The notes under the pieces are model-generated. The model ran no database searches. It was not told the DNA's origin and saw nothing but the letters and a program-made list of their open reading frames with translations. 64,000 nucleotides of DNA. Origin: Octopus vulgaris (taxonomy: Eukaryota). The first letter of the stretch is position 1; every line of letters starts with the position of its first letter. Positions 13,688-26,887 of the stretch are shown here, one piece after another. Made by a program: the position numbers and the translations under genes. The stretch lies in assembly GCA_951406725.2 (NCBI GenBank), contig OX597817.1:84134001-84198000 (forward strand), written 5' to 3'.

Positions 13688-14335
13688 ATTGGAGGGAAAA
13701 TGGAAAGAAAAAGACAAAGAAAACAGTTCGTTAAATCTTTAGGCTTACATTTTAGAGAGTTGTATAGTTACACATGTTTTTAGATTCCTTCATTAGATGC
13801 GTGTGGCAGTATGTGGGGACAGTGGCTATTTGACCGGCGGCGTTGAGAAGATAGAAGATAAGAAATCAAGCTAGGATAGGAGACAAACAAGAACACGTCT
13901 TCTTTGTTCTAGGCTTTGGATAAAAAAAAAATACAGGAGAATCAGTTAATTATGATTTTATTCAACATCTCTCCCGCTCAGATTCACACACTTACTGCAG
14001 CGGTCCTTTAGTTTTTCTAAGCCCTGTAAAAGAAGCCAGAAAGTTGGGCCTCCAACAAGGCCTTTCAGGATGCCATTAACTCCAGGAATATTTCAGCACC
14101 TCCTCGTAATGAGCAACTATTCCAAACAATTTATGTACTTTGAACCAACGTGAGAAATTTGGTGAATTGACAGAATCGCTAGAGCATCAGACAAAATGCC
14201 ATGCGGTATTTGTTCCGCCTCTTTATATTCTGAATTTAATATCGTTACGACGAGCTTTTCCTTTCATCCCACCGGGATCAATAGAACAAGATACAAGTCA
14301 AGTACTGCTACGCTTGTACATACATTACAAACCGC

Positions 14336-14386
<51 letters not shown>

Positions 14387-14418
14387 CATCATCATCACCA
14401 CCACCATCATCATCATAC

Positions 14419-14472
<54 letters not shown>

Positions 14473-14524
14473 TATTATTATTATTATTGTTATTATTATT
14501 GTTGTTGCTGTTATTATTATTACG

Positions 14525-14601
<77 letters not shown>

Positions 14602-14640
14602 CATCATCATCATCATTATTATTATTATTATTATTACTAC

Positions 14641-14676
<36 letters not shown>

Positions 14677-14706
14677 TACTACTATTATTATTATTATTAT
14701 TATTAT
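14336..14706. repeat. Compound (TTA)/(TCA)n tract
   Basis: Direct reading. Confidence 0.95.
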
Positions 14707-15257
14707 GAGAAAGCGGTGCATGTCATCAAAGTGACACTGGGGTAAAATATACGAAGCCCAGCATACCCATCATGACTACCCGTCTGATAAGGGTACACCA
14801 GGCACATGCATCACAACCATATGTGCGCGACGTGGTGATTTCATATCAAGATAAACAGCACGTGACCTTGCAGGTGGGGCCCAGTTAGAATTTTCTTCAG
14901 GTCGAGTAGCCCATCCTGCTCAAAAGGTCCCTGAACAGGGTTGCTTTAGGATGTTGAACGAAACACCTATGTTTCCAGAGGTGAATTATTCAAACTCCAA
15001 AGAATCCCTTTCAACACATGGCTAGGATGCTCCCCCACTACTTCTGCTCGTGATCAGAGATGCACGTATTGTCAGCCACTAAGGGACATGCTCAACTGGT
15101 TAAGGTCAAACAACTGACAAGCAAATCTGTGGTATTGAGCAGAATATTTTCTGTAGCCCATCTTTTATACCAAGAAAAAAAACAATGTACATGATGACAC
15201 TTCCAATCAGTTAAGATCAGAAGCCATGAGAGCCACTGCCTGGTACTGCATCAGGGC
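14707..15257 (-). mobile_element. ~553-nt non-coding TAA-tract element, copy 1
   Basis: Colinear with five other copies and flanked by TTA tracts; strand inferred from the Dong-like 3' motif. Confidence 0.9.
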
Positions 15258-15310
<53 letters not shown>

Positions 15311-17162
15311 CTTTTTTTTTCTTCTTTCAAATCTGCTTCCATTTCTTGCCGAGTGTCTTCCCGACTCCTAGGGCAAAGAAACTCATAGTATACATTGGTA
15401 GGCCATTAAACCAAACTCAGTAGTTCGTTCATTTTTTATTTTTTTTTTTAAAGTTAAATTAAAATACATGAGCAGCAACAGTTCTCACATCGACAATGCT
15501 CTTCTCAATACGTGTGATGTACCAATTAAGACAATCTTTTGCACTTCTTGCAGGGATGGTAAGCCAGGGATCATTCTCATATAATTTTCGGTTCCCTTCT
15601 TGATCATTCCTAGTGCTCCTACGATCACTGGTATTGTAACCGCCTTGAGATGCCACATTTTCTCAATTTCAATGAGTAGGTCTTTATATTTTCTGAGCTT
15701 GTCAAACTCTTTCGCTGAGATATTATGATCACAGGGGATGCTCATGTCGATCAATAAGCAAACTTTATTGTTTTGGTCTTTCACAACAATATCTGGTTTA
15801 TTGGCCTTGATGGTTCGGTCTGTATGTACTGGAAAGTCCCACAGAATGGTTACATTTTCTCCTTCAGTTACAGCCTCAGGGTGGTGATTATACCACTTGT
15901 CGGCAGTTTTGATATTGTAATGCCGACTTATTAGCCAGTGGAGATATTGGCCAACTCTGTCATGTCCTAATTTATACTCCACTGGTGCTAAGACTTTACA
16001 TCCAGAGATTAGGTGGTCCACTGTTTCAATCATGTCGTTGCAGAATCGGCATTTTGGGTCTGCTCCATTTTTCATCACATTGGCCTGGTAGTTCCGGGTT
16101 AATAGGCTTTGATCTTGAGCAGCCAGGATGAAACCTTCGCTCTCTGCTTTTAGCCCTGAGCTCCGTAGCCACTGATGGGTTTGCTTCTGGTCAACATCAG
16201 CTTGTTTGCTGCGGGTCACATATTTGCCGTGCAGAGGTTTCTCCTCCCACCTAACAGCCAATTGCTCGTGCGCTTTTTTCATTGCCATCATTTTCACCTT
16301 CTTTGCAACAATAGTTGCCGCACTTACCTCGGGTTGTTCAGTTTGGGTATCCTGCACGAGATCAATAGCACATTTTTTGCTTTCCTTTATGATAGAATGA
16401 AGCTTCTTTCGTCTCTCGTGATTTTCCACGAGCTTTAGCATCCAGTCATTCGATATTTCGAGATATTTGGCCAGTCCAATTGTGGTTGTTTTGTAAGCTA
16501 GTTCAAATTGGATCAGGCCTCGACCTCCTTGGGCTCTGGGAAGGTAAAGGCGATCTACGTCTGCCTTTGGGTGGTGCATCCTATTACAACTCAGCAGCTT
16601 GCGTATTTTTCTATCTATATTCTTTACTTCACTCATATTCCAGTTCAACACATTGTAGCTATAAGTAACAACTGGAACTGCTAAGGAATTTATAGCTAAC
16701 ACCTTGTTACGTGCATTTAGTTCATATTTCAGGACTGCACGAACTATCCTATAACATTCCTTCCTGATTTTCTCTTTCATGCTTGCATGCTGAATACCAG
16801 AGCCTTCATTTATCCCTAAATATTTGTATGTTTGTTCTTGCTCAAGCTCTCTTATGACTGTGTCAACATCTAACACGACTGAATTTGTGGTCTTCATTTT
16901 CCCTTTCTGGAAAGTGGCCTTGGCACACTTCTCAAGTCCAAACTCCATCCCGATGTCATCGCTGAATGCTTTCACGGTGCGCAATAGGCCTTCAAGTTCA
17001 TTATTGTCTTTACCATAAAGTTTTAAGTCATCCATATAAAATAGATGGCTTATTTTTTATTGGCAATTTTATACCCATACCCTGTTCTGTTTAATTCACT
17101 TGTAAGGGGTATTAGGGCTATGCAGAATATTAAAGGTGAAAGTGAGTCACCTTGAAAAATTC

Positions 17163-17163
<1 letters not shown>
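15311..17163 (-). mobile_element. R4/Dong-clade retrotransposon, family A, 5'-truncated
   Basis: [37 protein letters not shown] and KPDIV-D-K endonuclease; TAA tracts at both ends; one frameshift in an A-run near 17050. Confidence 0.95.
15485..17035 (-). CDS. Partial ORF of Dong family A: C-terminal RT, CCHC knuckle, restriction-like endonuclease (516 aa open)
   Basis: ORF track and the motifs listed for 15311-17163; lacks the N-terminus. Confidence 0.85.
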   Translation of the reverse strand: MDDLKLYGKDNNELEGLLRTVKAFSDDIGMEFGLEKCAKATFQKGKMKTTNSVVLDVDTVIRELEQEQTYKYLGINEGSGIQHASMKEKIRKECYRIVRAVLKYELNARNKVLAINSLAVPVVTYSYNVLNWNMSEVKNIDRKIRKLLSCNRMHHPKADVDRLYLPRAQGGRGLIQFELAYKTTTIGLAKYLEISNDWMLKLVENHERRKKLHSIIKESKKCAIDLVQDTQTEQPEVSAATIVAKKVKMMAMKKAHEQLAVRWEEKPLHGKYVTRSKQADVDQKQTHQWLRSSGLKAESEGFILAAQDQSLLTRNYQANVMKNGADPKCRFCNDMIETVDHLISGCKVLAPVEYKLGHDRVGQYLHWLISRHYNIKTADKWYNHHPEAVTEGENVTILWDFPVHTDRTIKANKPDIVVKDQNNKVCLLIDMSIPCDHNISAKEFDKLRKYKDLLIEIEKMWHLKAVTIPVIVGALGMIKKGTENYMRMIPGLPSLQEVQKIVLIGTSHVLRRALSM

Positions 17164-17219
<56 letters not shown>

Positions 17220-17267
17220 CATCATCATTATTATTATTATTACTACTACTACTACTACTACTACTAC

Positions 17268-17342
<75 letters not shown>

Positions 17343-17365
17343 CATCATCATTATTATTATTATTA

Positions 17366-17457
<92 letters not shown>
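17164..17457. repeat. (TTA)n tract
   Basis: Direct reading. Confidence 0.95.
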
Positions 17458-17458
<1 letters not shown>

Positions 17459-17590
17459 CCGCCGAGGTCGTCTTTGTATTTCATCCTTCCGGAGTCGATA
17501 AAATAAGTACCATTTGAGTTCTAGGGCCGATCTAATCGACTTGCCTCCTCCCAGGAACAAGCTGACCTTGTGCCAAAATTTGAAACCATT
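17458..17590 (+). mobile_element. 5'-truncated SINE family 2 copy
   Basis: CCGCCGAGGTCG...TCATCCTTCCGGAGTCGATAAAATAAGTACC...TGTGCCAAAATTTGAAACC. Confidence 0.85.
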
Positions 17591-17609
17591 ATCCTTATTA
17601 TTATCATTT

Positions 17610-18642
17610 ATTTTTATCACAGGTTTTGTTGGAGCTCCTGCAGTCTTGCATGCGTAGCGGGCTTACTACCTGCAGACTACTACGGTACCATGGTTTTCGT
17701 CTTTTTCAGCTATCTAATATTTGCCTGATTATTCTGACAGTGCCAAAGAGGTAAACCTCTTGTAACAGTTCTACTGGACATATCTTCGAGAGCATATCTA
17801 ACCCTGCCAGTATTCTTCTCTTCCACCATTGATCTTTTCTTTTGTCGCTCCAAATATATTTCTTTTTCCTTGACATCAACACCCACATTTCTTCTACAAC
17901 AATACTTGCTGCCTTGATCAAATTATTCGTTTCTGTGATGTTGTTGTTCTGATGTATTTCAGAATTTCATTGACATTTTTCGTTTCTTGGTTCAATTTCC
18001 ATCGATCAACCTTTTTAAGGTTGCAAATAACGTCACTATCTTTCTCTTGCAGTCTTGCCTTTATTCTGTCGTATATTGTCTTTTGTTCATCTGTCATGTC
18101 ACCATTAGTTTTATTGTCTTCTTTTTGATCATCTATATGTGTCATCAAGTAAACTACCACTGCTCCTTTCCTGTGCTATGGGATTACTCATATTAGTAAG
18201 AACTGTATTTTCATCGTTATCTCTGCTGCTATTTTCCAAGACCCGTTTTTTGATAGCTTCGAGCTCTACTTCTGTGAACCAACGATTTTTCCTATTGCTC
18301 TAGCTTGAACACATAGTCTCTGTTCCGTAAGTTAAAACAATCTCTTTTCTCTCCAATGATCATACATACGTTGTCAGTAACCCCTATTTTCATCGCATTA
18401 ATTTACTTGCTCCATCTACGCCATGTGTGGTGGTCCCTTTTTGGATATCGACAGCCTGGAACCAGACCAGAATTTCTGAACCTGCCGGATGGAACACTGT
18501 CACCATCAATGGCTTCAGTTTCATGACCATCGTTATTCACAATATTTTGTTTATTCATTGTCAATCATTTGAGGTAGCGATTATCAGGTTGCGCAATTAC
18601 CAGTGTTTTTATTGTGACACCATCACTAGATGTATCATTATT
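17610..18642 (-). mobile_element. Chimeric Dong derivative: 5' part of family D (17784-18642) joined to the extreme 3' end of a different family F (17610-17783)
   Basis: 17784-18642 aligns to 40417-41313; then VELLQEVYLFGTVRIIRQILDS* and a 3' UTR unlike that of family D. Confidence 0.8.
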
Positions 18643-18679
18643 CAAAACATGGGAAGAATCCATCCGCTCTTATTATTAA

Positions 18680-19045
18680 TCTCATCCAGAGACCTCAAGT
18701 GACAAGTTAGAAGCTCATGTTGGTGTTATGACTAGAGTGTCATATATTTGGTTTTGCATATAGTATTATTCTAGAGAATGTTTAAGAACTCACAAGAACA
18801 TTATGAGTTTGTTTTAGAATTAGAGATTACATAGACAGTATTTTACGTAGGATATGGGCAGTTCTTATGAGCACAATATTTTGAATTTTGAACTTCTGCC
18901 ATTTTGGGGTTTCCTCGTATATATATATATAGATAGGAATCAGCCCCTTTTGCTATCATTCTTAGTACACCTATGACAACGAGTACTGTTTTAGCCCACA
19001 TTTTGCCAATTTCTATTTCAAGTTCGCATTTAGCCAAATTTATAT
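18680..19045 (-). mobile_element. Diverged Dong family C-like 3' end
   Basis: LEIEIGKMW-KTVLVVIGVL-MIAKG...GNPKMAE; 3' UTR TTGAGGTCTCTGGATGAGA. Confidence 0.75.
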
Positions 19046-19051
19046 ATATAT

Positions 19052-19395
19052 TTTTTATTCTAGTTTCAGCTCAGAGCTGCGGCCATGCTGATGCACCGCC
19101 GTTTTGTGCTACACTGTTATTGCGACGAACCTCGTCTAATATGGTGAAGAATGGAGTTTGGTGAAGAATGGAGTTTGATACAGCTACTCTCATTTGCACC
19201 TCTTGCCGTGAGGTAGGTTCATCTGGGACTCTTGACAGGAAGATGTCCAGTTTTGATTTAAAAACCGCTACATCTACTTTGTGCAAGTTCCTCAGACTCT
19301 TTGGGAGAATATTAAAAAGCTGTGGGCCCTTGAAACCCAGGCTGTTGCAGAAGCTGGTCCTGAAGCGTGATGGCATTGCTGGGATCTTGTACATA
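19052..19395 (-). mobile_element. CR1/Jockey-like LINE ORF2 C-terminus and 3' tail
   Basis: NSLGFKGPQLFNILPKSLRNL...FKSKLDIFLSRVPDEP; the tail is similar to that of SINE family 1. Confidence 0.75.
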
Positions 19396-19406
19396 TATTT
19401 ATAATA

Positions 19407-19452
<46 letters not shown>

Positions 19453-19460
19453 TAATATAC

Positions 19461-19506
<46 letters not shown>

Positions 19507-20149
19507 GCCCAAATGCGTTTTCAATATTTACTTTTGCTTCAATAGCTGGTTCTTTTGGTCAAACATCTCCAGCTGCTTCAGATGCCAAGATATCAAAAAT
19601 TGTCAAAGCGTAGTACAACGGTTTTGCTATGGAATGGTGAAGTTATAATTTCGGTTTCTGAAAAAGCAACATTTTTGACTTACGACGCTTTTGCATTGTA
19701 GCAATAATAGACCGCTGAAATCTACAATTTTTTTCAGCCTTTTATTCCTTTTATTTCTTTCTGTTGCTTGTTGTTCATACACTCGTCTCCGTCTTTTGCT
19801 TTTCTATAAATTTCAACTACGTTTGTATATATATATATATATATATATATAACATACAGGAAAGAGTATATATATATCCCTATCATTCTCTAATTCCCTT
19901 TTCCTCTCCTTTACCGTTTTCTATTTGTGTCTCTCCTCTCTTCCCCCTCTTTCTCATTTTCTCTCTCTCGTTGCTCACGCGTGACCATCGTCCATCTTTC
20001 TTTTCCTCCACGATGTCCTAAGAACTGGACCAATCTTAATGCAGAAATCAGATATATTTTAGGCTACTTGTAGCAATTAAGGGAGTTTCGCTTGGTATAT
20101 TCCGTAATTTTCTACAGCTTTACCTACATATTTTATATTCTTTTCTTCT

Positions 20150-20570
20150 TTTATTTGTTTCAGTCAGTTGACTGCGGCTATGCTGGAGCACTGCCTTTAG
20201 TCAAATGAATTGACCTCACGGACTTATTCTTTGTAAGCCTAGTACTTATTCTATCGGTCTCTTTTACCGAAGCGCTAATTCATGGGGACGTAAACACATC
20301 AGCATCGGTTGTCAAGCGATGGTAGGAGGACAAAAACAGATACACAAACATATACATATATATATATAGTTAATCCAAACATGAAAACACAAAGAGAAGA
20401 CACAACAACGCGAGGACGTGGAACAAGCATAGTATTATTGGACGCTCAAGAAAGAAGGAAAGAAGGAGGGTTTAGCGTTTCGAGCGGAGCTCTTCGTCAG
20501 AAACATAGGAAAGGAAAGATCCAAAGAAGGGAAGACGGAGGGGAAAAAATCGCCAACGGTACACATGCGG

Positions 20571-20610
<40 letters not shown>

Positions 20611-20760
20611 GGGCTTCTTTCAGTTTCCGACTACCAAATCTACTCAAAAGGCTTTGGTCGGCCCCAGGCTATAGCAGAAGACACTTGCCCAAGGTGCCAC
20701 GCAGTGGGACTGAACCCGGAACCATTTGATTGGTAAGCAAGCTACTTACCACTCGGCTAT
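20150..20760 (-). mobile_element. SINE family 1, split by a Penelope-like insert in its internal TA tract
   Basis: Tail at 20150-20345 and head at 20608-20760 match 62808-63207. Confidence 0.85.
20470..20504 (-). ncRNA. Minimal hammerhead motif in a Penelope-like insert (20370-20575)
   Basis: Reverse complement: GTTT-CTGACGA-A-GAGC-TCC-GCTC-GAAA-CGCT-AAAC; the U before the cleavage site appears mutated to C. Confidence 0.65.
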
Positions 20761-21037
20761 ATCTGTAAATGTGTGTATTTGTATGTGAGTGTTTATGTAT
20801 GTTTGTGGGTGTGTGTGGGTGTGTGTGTGTATGTGTGTGCTGTGTGTGTGCGTGTGTATGAGTGTGCATGTGAAATTTAATCTGCAATTTGTAGCAAAAA
20901 ACTTTCTCATAAATTTGGTGTCCATTAAATAAGTAGCAATTACATACGTCATATTTATAGAGCGACCCCTTGCGGTTAACCAGATAGTACATTATCTATA
21001 CATATTTAATGCATTTTATTAGTGTAATTGTGTTTAT

Positions 21038-21077
<40 letters not shown>

Positions 21078-22439
21078 AGAGAGAGAGGGAGAGAGAGCGT
21101 TATACTAATACATCTGTTTGTTTTTTTCGTAAACTCTCCCTATATATATATATAAGTATTTATTTCTATATGCATGTAAATATGTTCGTATATCTATCTA
21201 TGTATATTCAAGTTTTATTCTAAGAATCTAAGAATATAGAAAAACATTTTATGACAATTTAGATTTCAACTTGATAGCCATGTACATGCGTACGTACTTA
21301 CGTACGTACGTACATATGTATGTATACCAGTATATATATTATATACATAAATGTGTGTACGCGTGTGTATGCGTATAAATATATATATGTATATATACAC
21401 ACACATGCATGCATGCATACATGCATACATACACAGGTACATACATACATACATATACACACTAATATGTGTGTGCACATGTATTTATGTGCGTGTTATT
21501 GAAGGTATACTTAAACATTTGTAACTCGACAAAATAGAAGCTTAGCCATACATACCAAAATATGTGTACCTGACATGCTAATACATTTTAGTGTTAAATA
21601 TTTTCAAGTATTGAGATATTGAAATATATAATGATTTTCTTTTTTTATTTATTCATTTTGAGGCCACTAAAAGCCCTTTCACAAGAAGTGTTTTCTTGTT
21701 CTCGGGAAAGCATTTTATCAGCCTTAATATTTCACTATCAGTATCCACAGCAATTTCAATTATTTTTGAAAACTGTAACATGGTTGAAAATTCCTAGAAG
21801 ACTGTCAAATATAGAAGGGTCTTCGAAATTTTATTTTTTAGTAAATATTTTATCGTTGTGAAGGTTTGAAGTTCTCGTGGAACTTCGCGTAGAAATGAAT
21901 GCGCAATCTTATGAGGGAACACCTCTGAAAATTATATTCCAGTTATATAAATGGGAACGGTCAAAAACATAATACATAACCAAACCTCATAACATACGAA
22001 TATATGTAACATACAGAAAATAACATATTGGGAACGCACTCATACGTAGTATATTCTCAATGCAATAAAATTCAAAACACCAATTGTCGTTAACTATTAT
22101 TTTTCGTGTCACGTAAGATTTAAACAAATTTAACAATGAAACAAAATCGCAGACATGATCTTTCAATAATGTTATTTTGGCACTGGTTGGTTCCGTTGAT
22201 AAAACTTTAACAAATCTTAATTCCGTCTTTATTTTCAGATGAGAGAAAAGTTCACAAGAATAGATTGAATTTATTGTTCATGTGAACTACGGATGGTATT
22301 TTTTTAAAAATTACATCAATAATGAAGTTACTGGCATGGGTGTAGGGCTAAAAGCTCCGCTCTGTAACCAGTAATTCTGTGTTCAATCTCACTATATATA
22401 TATACACTATGACGGCTAATTTTAGTTTCTATCTACTAG

Positions 22440-22628
22440 AATAGTATTCTTGTGTTTTTCCCCGTCACTACATAACAATGAGAAAGGAAGGGTGATAGAT
22501 GAATAAGGAAGGAATGAGTGATGGCAAACTGGTGGGATGGTAAACATTCAACGCTGAAGTGAAAAATCGAACAGCGTTTCAACTCTGTGTGAGTATATGT
22601 GTGTGTATGTAAAGGGGAGGTATGTGAA

Positions 22629-22672
<44 letters not shown>

Positions 22673-23120
22673 CAATGGAAGTGGGATGGTTAACATTCAG
22701 CGCTGAAAAGGAAAATCAAACAGCATTTCAACTCTGTGTGAGTGTATGCGTGTATTTGTGTGAGTGTATGTGTGTATGTGAATGGATGTGAATATTAACA
22801 AGTGTATTAATTTGATTTACCATCCATATTTACATATAAAATTAGCCGTCATTTTTACCGTACGGGGCCAGCTAGTTTTATATATACATAAGGTACAAAA
22901 TAATCATAGATACAAACATTCACATACATCCCTTGTACACGCACTCACATACACACATAAACCCACACAGAGTTGAAACGCTGATTTTTTTTCACCGTAG
23001 GACTTCCATCATTCCACTACCGAGTTTACCATCACCCCTTCCTTACATATTCATCTATCACCCATTTCTTTCTCATTCATATGTTGTGACAGAGAAATAG
23101 ACAAGAGTATTATTATTATA
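22440..23120. repeat. Imperfect long inverted repeat (arms about 22440-22600 and 22960-23120)
   Basis: CAGCGTTTCAACTCTGTGTG / CACACAGAGTTGAAACGCTG and GGGTGATAGATGAATA / TATTCATCTATCACCC. Confidence 0.75.
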
Positions 23121-23155
<35 letters not shown>

Positions 23156-23642
23156 CATCCTTCTCTAATTCCCTTTTCTCTCCTTTACCGTTTTCTATCT
23201 ATGTCTCTCCTCTCTTCCCATCTTTCTTTTCCTCCACAATGTCCTAAGAACTGGACTTCTATCTTTCCTCTTTTCAAAGAAAATATTTCTCCCAGCGTCC
23301 ACTATTTCCCCTCGTTCTGGTCTAACGACCCACCAGATTTGTTTTCGTTCGGTTTCATTGTATGTTTCCACTGTCCTGTCTTTGTTCCCAATTTTAACCC
23401 TCCATAAATTCAATATTGTATTTTGGTATTTATGGAAGCAACTGTCTTTAAAGAGTCATACTGTCCGTCGTTGAATGCTCGAAATGAGGATTAGATAGAC
23501 AACCAACAAGTGATGAAAGGTCGTTCTTTGTGTTACTTGTCCTGTTTTCCATTTTTCTCTCGTTGTTTGCGTATTTAACTCATTTGTTTTCGTACTTTAT
23601 ATATTTGTAAGCGTGTGATTGTGTATAGATAGATAGCTAGAC

Positions 23643-23763
<121 letters not shown>

Positions 23764-24044
23764 CCTCGAGCGGCACCCTTTATTTGGATGTTATCACAAT
23801 AAACAGAAAGTTCATAAATTTCGCTGTAGAATTTAAATAAAAAATATTATTGAAGATGAGTTGGAGATGAAAATATTATTGCAAACTCCACTCTTCAATG
23901 TTTATATATACATGTGTGTGTGCGCGCGTGTGTCAGTGTGCCTGTGCACGTGCGTATGTATGTGTGTATGTGTGTCTGTGTGTGGGGATGTGCGTGTAAA
24001 TGTTTATGTATGTTTGTTTGTATGAGCATATGTATATATAAATA

Positions 24045-24084
<40 letters not shown>

Positions 24085-24299
24085 TATGTACGTGTGTGCA
24101 TGTGTGTATGTATATAATAAAGTAATGAGATCTAAAATGATCATGATAAAAGCAGTTATTTAGCCTCAAGCACATACAAGGTTAGTATAGATAACACAAA
24201 CTAGATAATAGTCGATCAAGAAAGTTTATTAATCAACGCATACAATACACTTCACCTCAAATCGGATTATCTAGAGATTCTGATAATATAACCTCCACT

Positions 24300-25161
24300 A
24301 TATGAACTGTCGTCTAAATTACCCCAAAATAAAAATAACTCTGACATCTCATTTTAACATATCTATTTACCAAAATTACATAAAAATATCTTGAAATCCT
24401 AAAGAGTAAATTTATTCAATAAAATCGCCATTGGCTTCAACCACGGCCTCCAGACGACTTCGATATCTCTTGCAACTCTTCTGGACGATCCCCTTGTTTA
24501 CGTTGGTGTATGCTGCCATAATCGTTGCCTTCAGTTCATCTTTGGTGTTACAAGCAGTTTTGTTGGTCTCTTGCTTAACTGCACCCCACACATAATAATC
24601 AACGGGATTGCAGTCTGGGGAGTTAGGTAGCCAGATATTAGGGGTGGTGTGGTCGCAGAAATTATCTGATAGACATGACTGGGTTCTCCTGCTTGTGTGG
24701 CATGGTGCAGAGTGCTGTTGATAGACATAGAGTTTCCAGCAGCCACCCTCTTGACCCAGGGCAGCACTACTTCCTCCAGGTACTCGATGTAAGCTTTCGT
24801 GTTGAGTCTTAGGCCGTATGACAAGATGAATGGAGGCATAATGTTGCCATCAATAATGATCACTCCAAACACCATGATGCTGACTGGATGTTCGATATTT
24901 ATCACTCTCGGTACATGTCCTTAGAATGCACTGTCCTCAGACTGACACCCAAACACTCTGAAAATGGAGCTTCTGGCGCGAATGCCAAGTAGTACAGCAT
25001 GTCGTTTCCAAAATCTCTGGAAATCATAGTACTGTTTTGCTCACAGACAGTGTCCAACTGTCCCTACTATACTATGTAGTTGACAAAATAAAAAACAAAC
25101 AATGTGCATGCTCGAAATTAAAAATATAAAATTGCGACAATTTACCCATCGCACCTTGTAT
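24300..25161 (-). mobile_element. Internally deleted Tc1/mariner-superfamily transposon (maT/DD37D-like)
   Basis: HPVSIMVFGVI--DG-IMPP, QQ-SAPCHTSRRTQS, WLPNSPDCNP-DYYVWG and R-RSRLEAVVEANGDFIE*; TIR-like TACAAGGTG at about 25161. Confidence 0.85.
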
Positions 25162-25237
25162 ATAGTTCAAATTTACAGGAAACATATACATGTGTGTGTA
25201 TGTGTGTGTGTGTGTGTACGTATGTATGTATACATAC

Positions 25238-25275
<38 letters not shown>

Positions 25276-25606
25276 TCACACACACACACACATACACACA
25301 CTGAAACTGGAGTTTGTCTCAAGATTCGATTTTCATGCAACTGCTCGAAGTTACATTTTTCCCCATTGAACTATCGGAAAATTCGAGTAAAAACAGAAAT
25401 CTGATCACCATTTACATGAAAGCGCGGGAGTACTAACGATATGGAGCCTTTCATTTTCAGTTGCAATGTATTAAAGAACAGTCTACTTTTTACGTATTGA
25501 GTTCTGTAATTTGACACATGTTATAAAGAATCAACAGATATGTTTATCAGACATGCATACACACACACACATACACATCTATATGTGTGTTTGATCGTCT
25601 AGATAG

Positions 25607-25646
<40 letters not shown>

Positions 25647-26887
25647 TGTGAGAGAGAGAGAGATGCCTTCTTTCTGATTATTTTATTTCCGTTTATCTCA
25701 CGTTATTAAGGAATTGTATTTTTGTATCGAGCTTTCCTTTCTTTAATAGGTCTAGCTCGTTTCTTCCTTTATTTTTATGCTAATTTACCCACAGTCCGTA
25801 AGACTTTTTCAGTATGATTTTCAGTTTGTTTTGATATAAAATTGCTAACGTTCTGGACATTCATATTTAGAAAATGGTCAATTGTCCAACCGCACTGAAC
25901 ATACCTTCACATTCAGTTAAGTTTAACACGCTGATAAAAGGAAGCTGGTATTACAAAGCAGTAGATTGAGAAAAGAAATATCCATTAATACATATTGGTT
26001 TTGTTCTGAATTTCTTCTTTTATTTTCATGTGTACATGAGTTTCCGACTTGCTATTGGCATGTTTGATTTATCTGCATATAATTGTACTAGCTTACCCAA
26101 CGTTATTGTTTACGAAATCCATATGTGGGTAACATTGTCAAAAGATTTCCGCTAATCAATATATTTTCCATATATTCCGTTAATCAATATATTTTCTATT
26201 GATTTTTTTTCCATGCTCTAATTTTGCAAAGACATTACATCTAAAAAGAAGTGTCTGACAATCTCTTCCTAACTTCCATTATTTCTCAATATTTTACTTT
26301 CTGCTTTATTATTTGTCGCTCAAATAATAATAATATCTAGAGTGGATAATTTGGATTCCATAAAGTGATTAAAACCCTTAGACTTCTCTTTAAGCTATTA
26401 CTGAGTTGTTCCGTAGTCCACGTCGATATTATTAAATCATAGCACCTATTGGCCCGTAAATTAATTTGTCTTATGGGAAAATTTATGAATATATTTTCAG
26501 ATATTATTCACAATTTTGTCGTAGCTTCTTCCTCCTCTTTCAACTAATCTCTCAATTTAACATTCGTTCTATATTTGTTGATGGAAAATAGCTGTATTTT
26601 GCTCCTAGATTCCAAATAGTCGCATTGTGTGTCATTGTTTTCAGATACTTGCATTGTTTTCCATCAATTGTTTAAATTGATGTTCCTTTGAACTTCAACT
26701 TCATCTTACATACATAGAGGGTAATTTTCATAGACAGAAACAGAAATTTTCGAGCGGCTGACTCCGGTCACCTTGATATATATTAATAAAAATGGTAAGG
26801 CAACAAAAGAAAGAAAGAGACCACGATATTATGTAAATAGAAGAATTTATCTCTAAATGTAATATGTGATAATTATTCGGTAGCCAT

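Noticed and set aside
14140-14745. Long ORFs with poly-I/L/Y/N/H or YIYI/CVCV runs (here and throughout)
   Set aside because: They are stop-free frames of TTA, TCA, TA and TG microsatellites.
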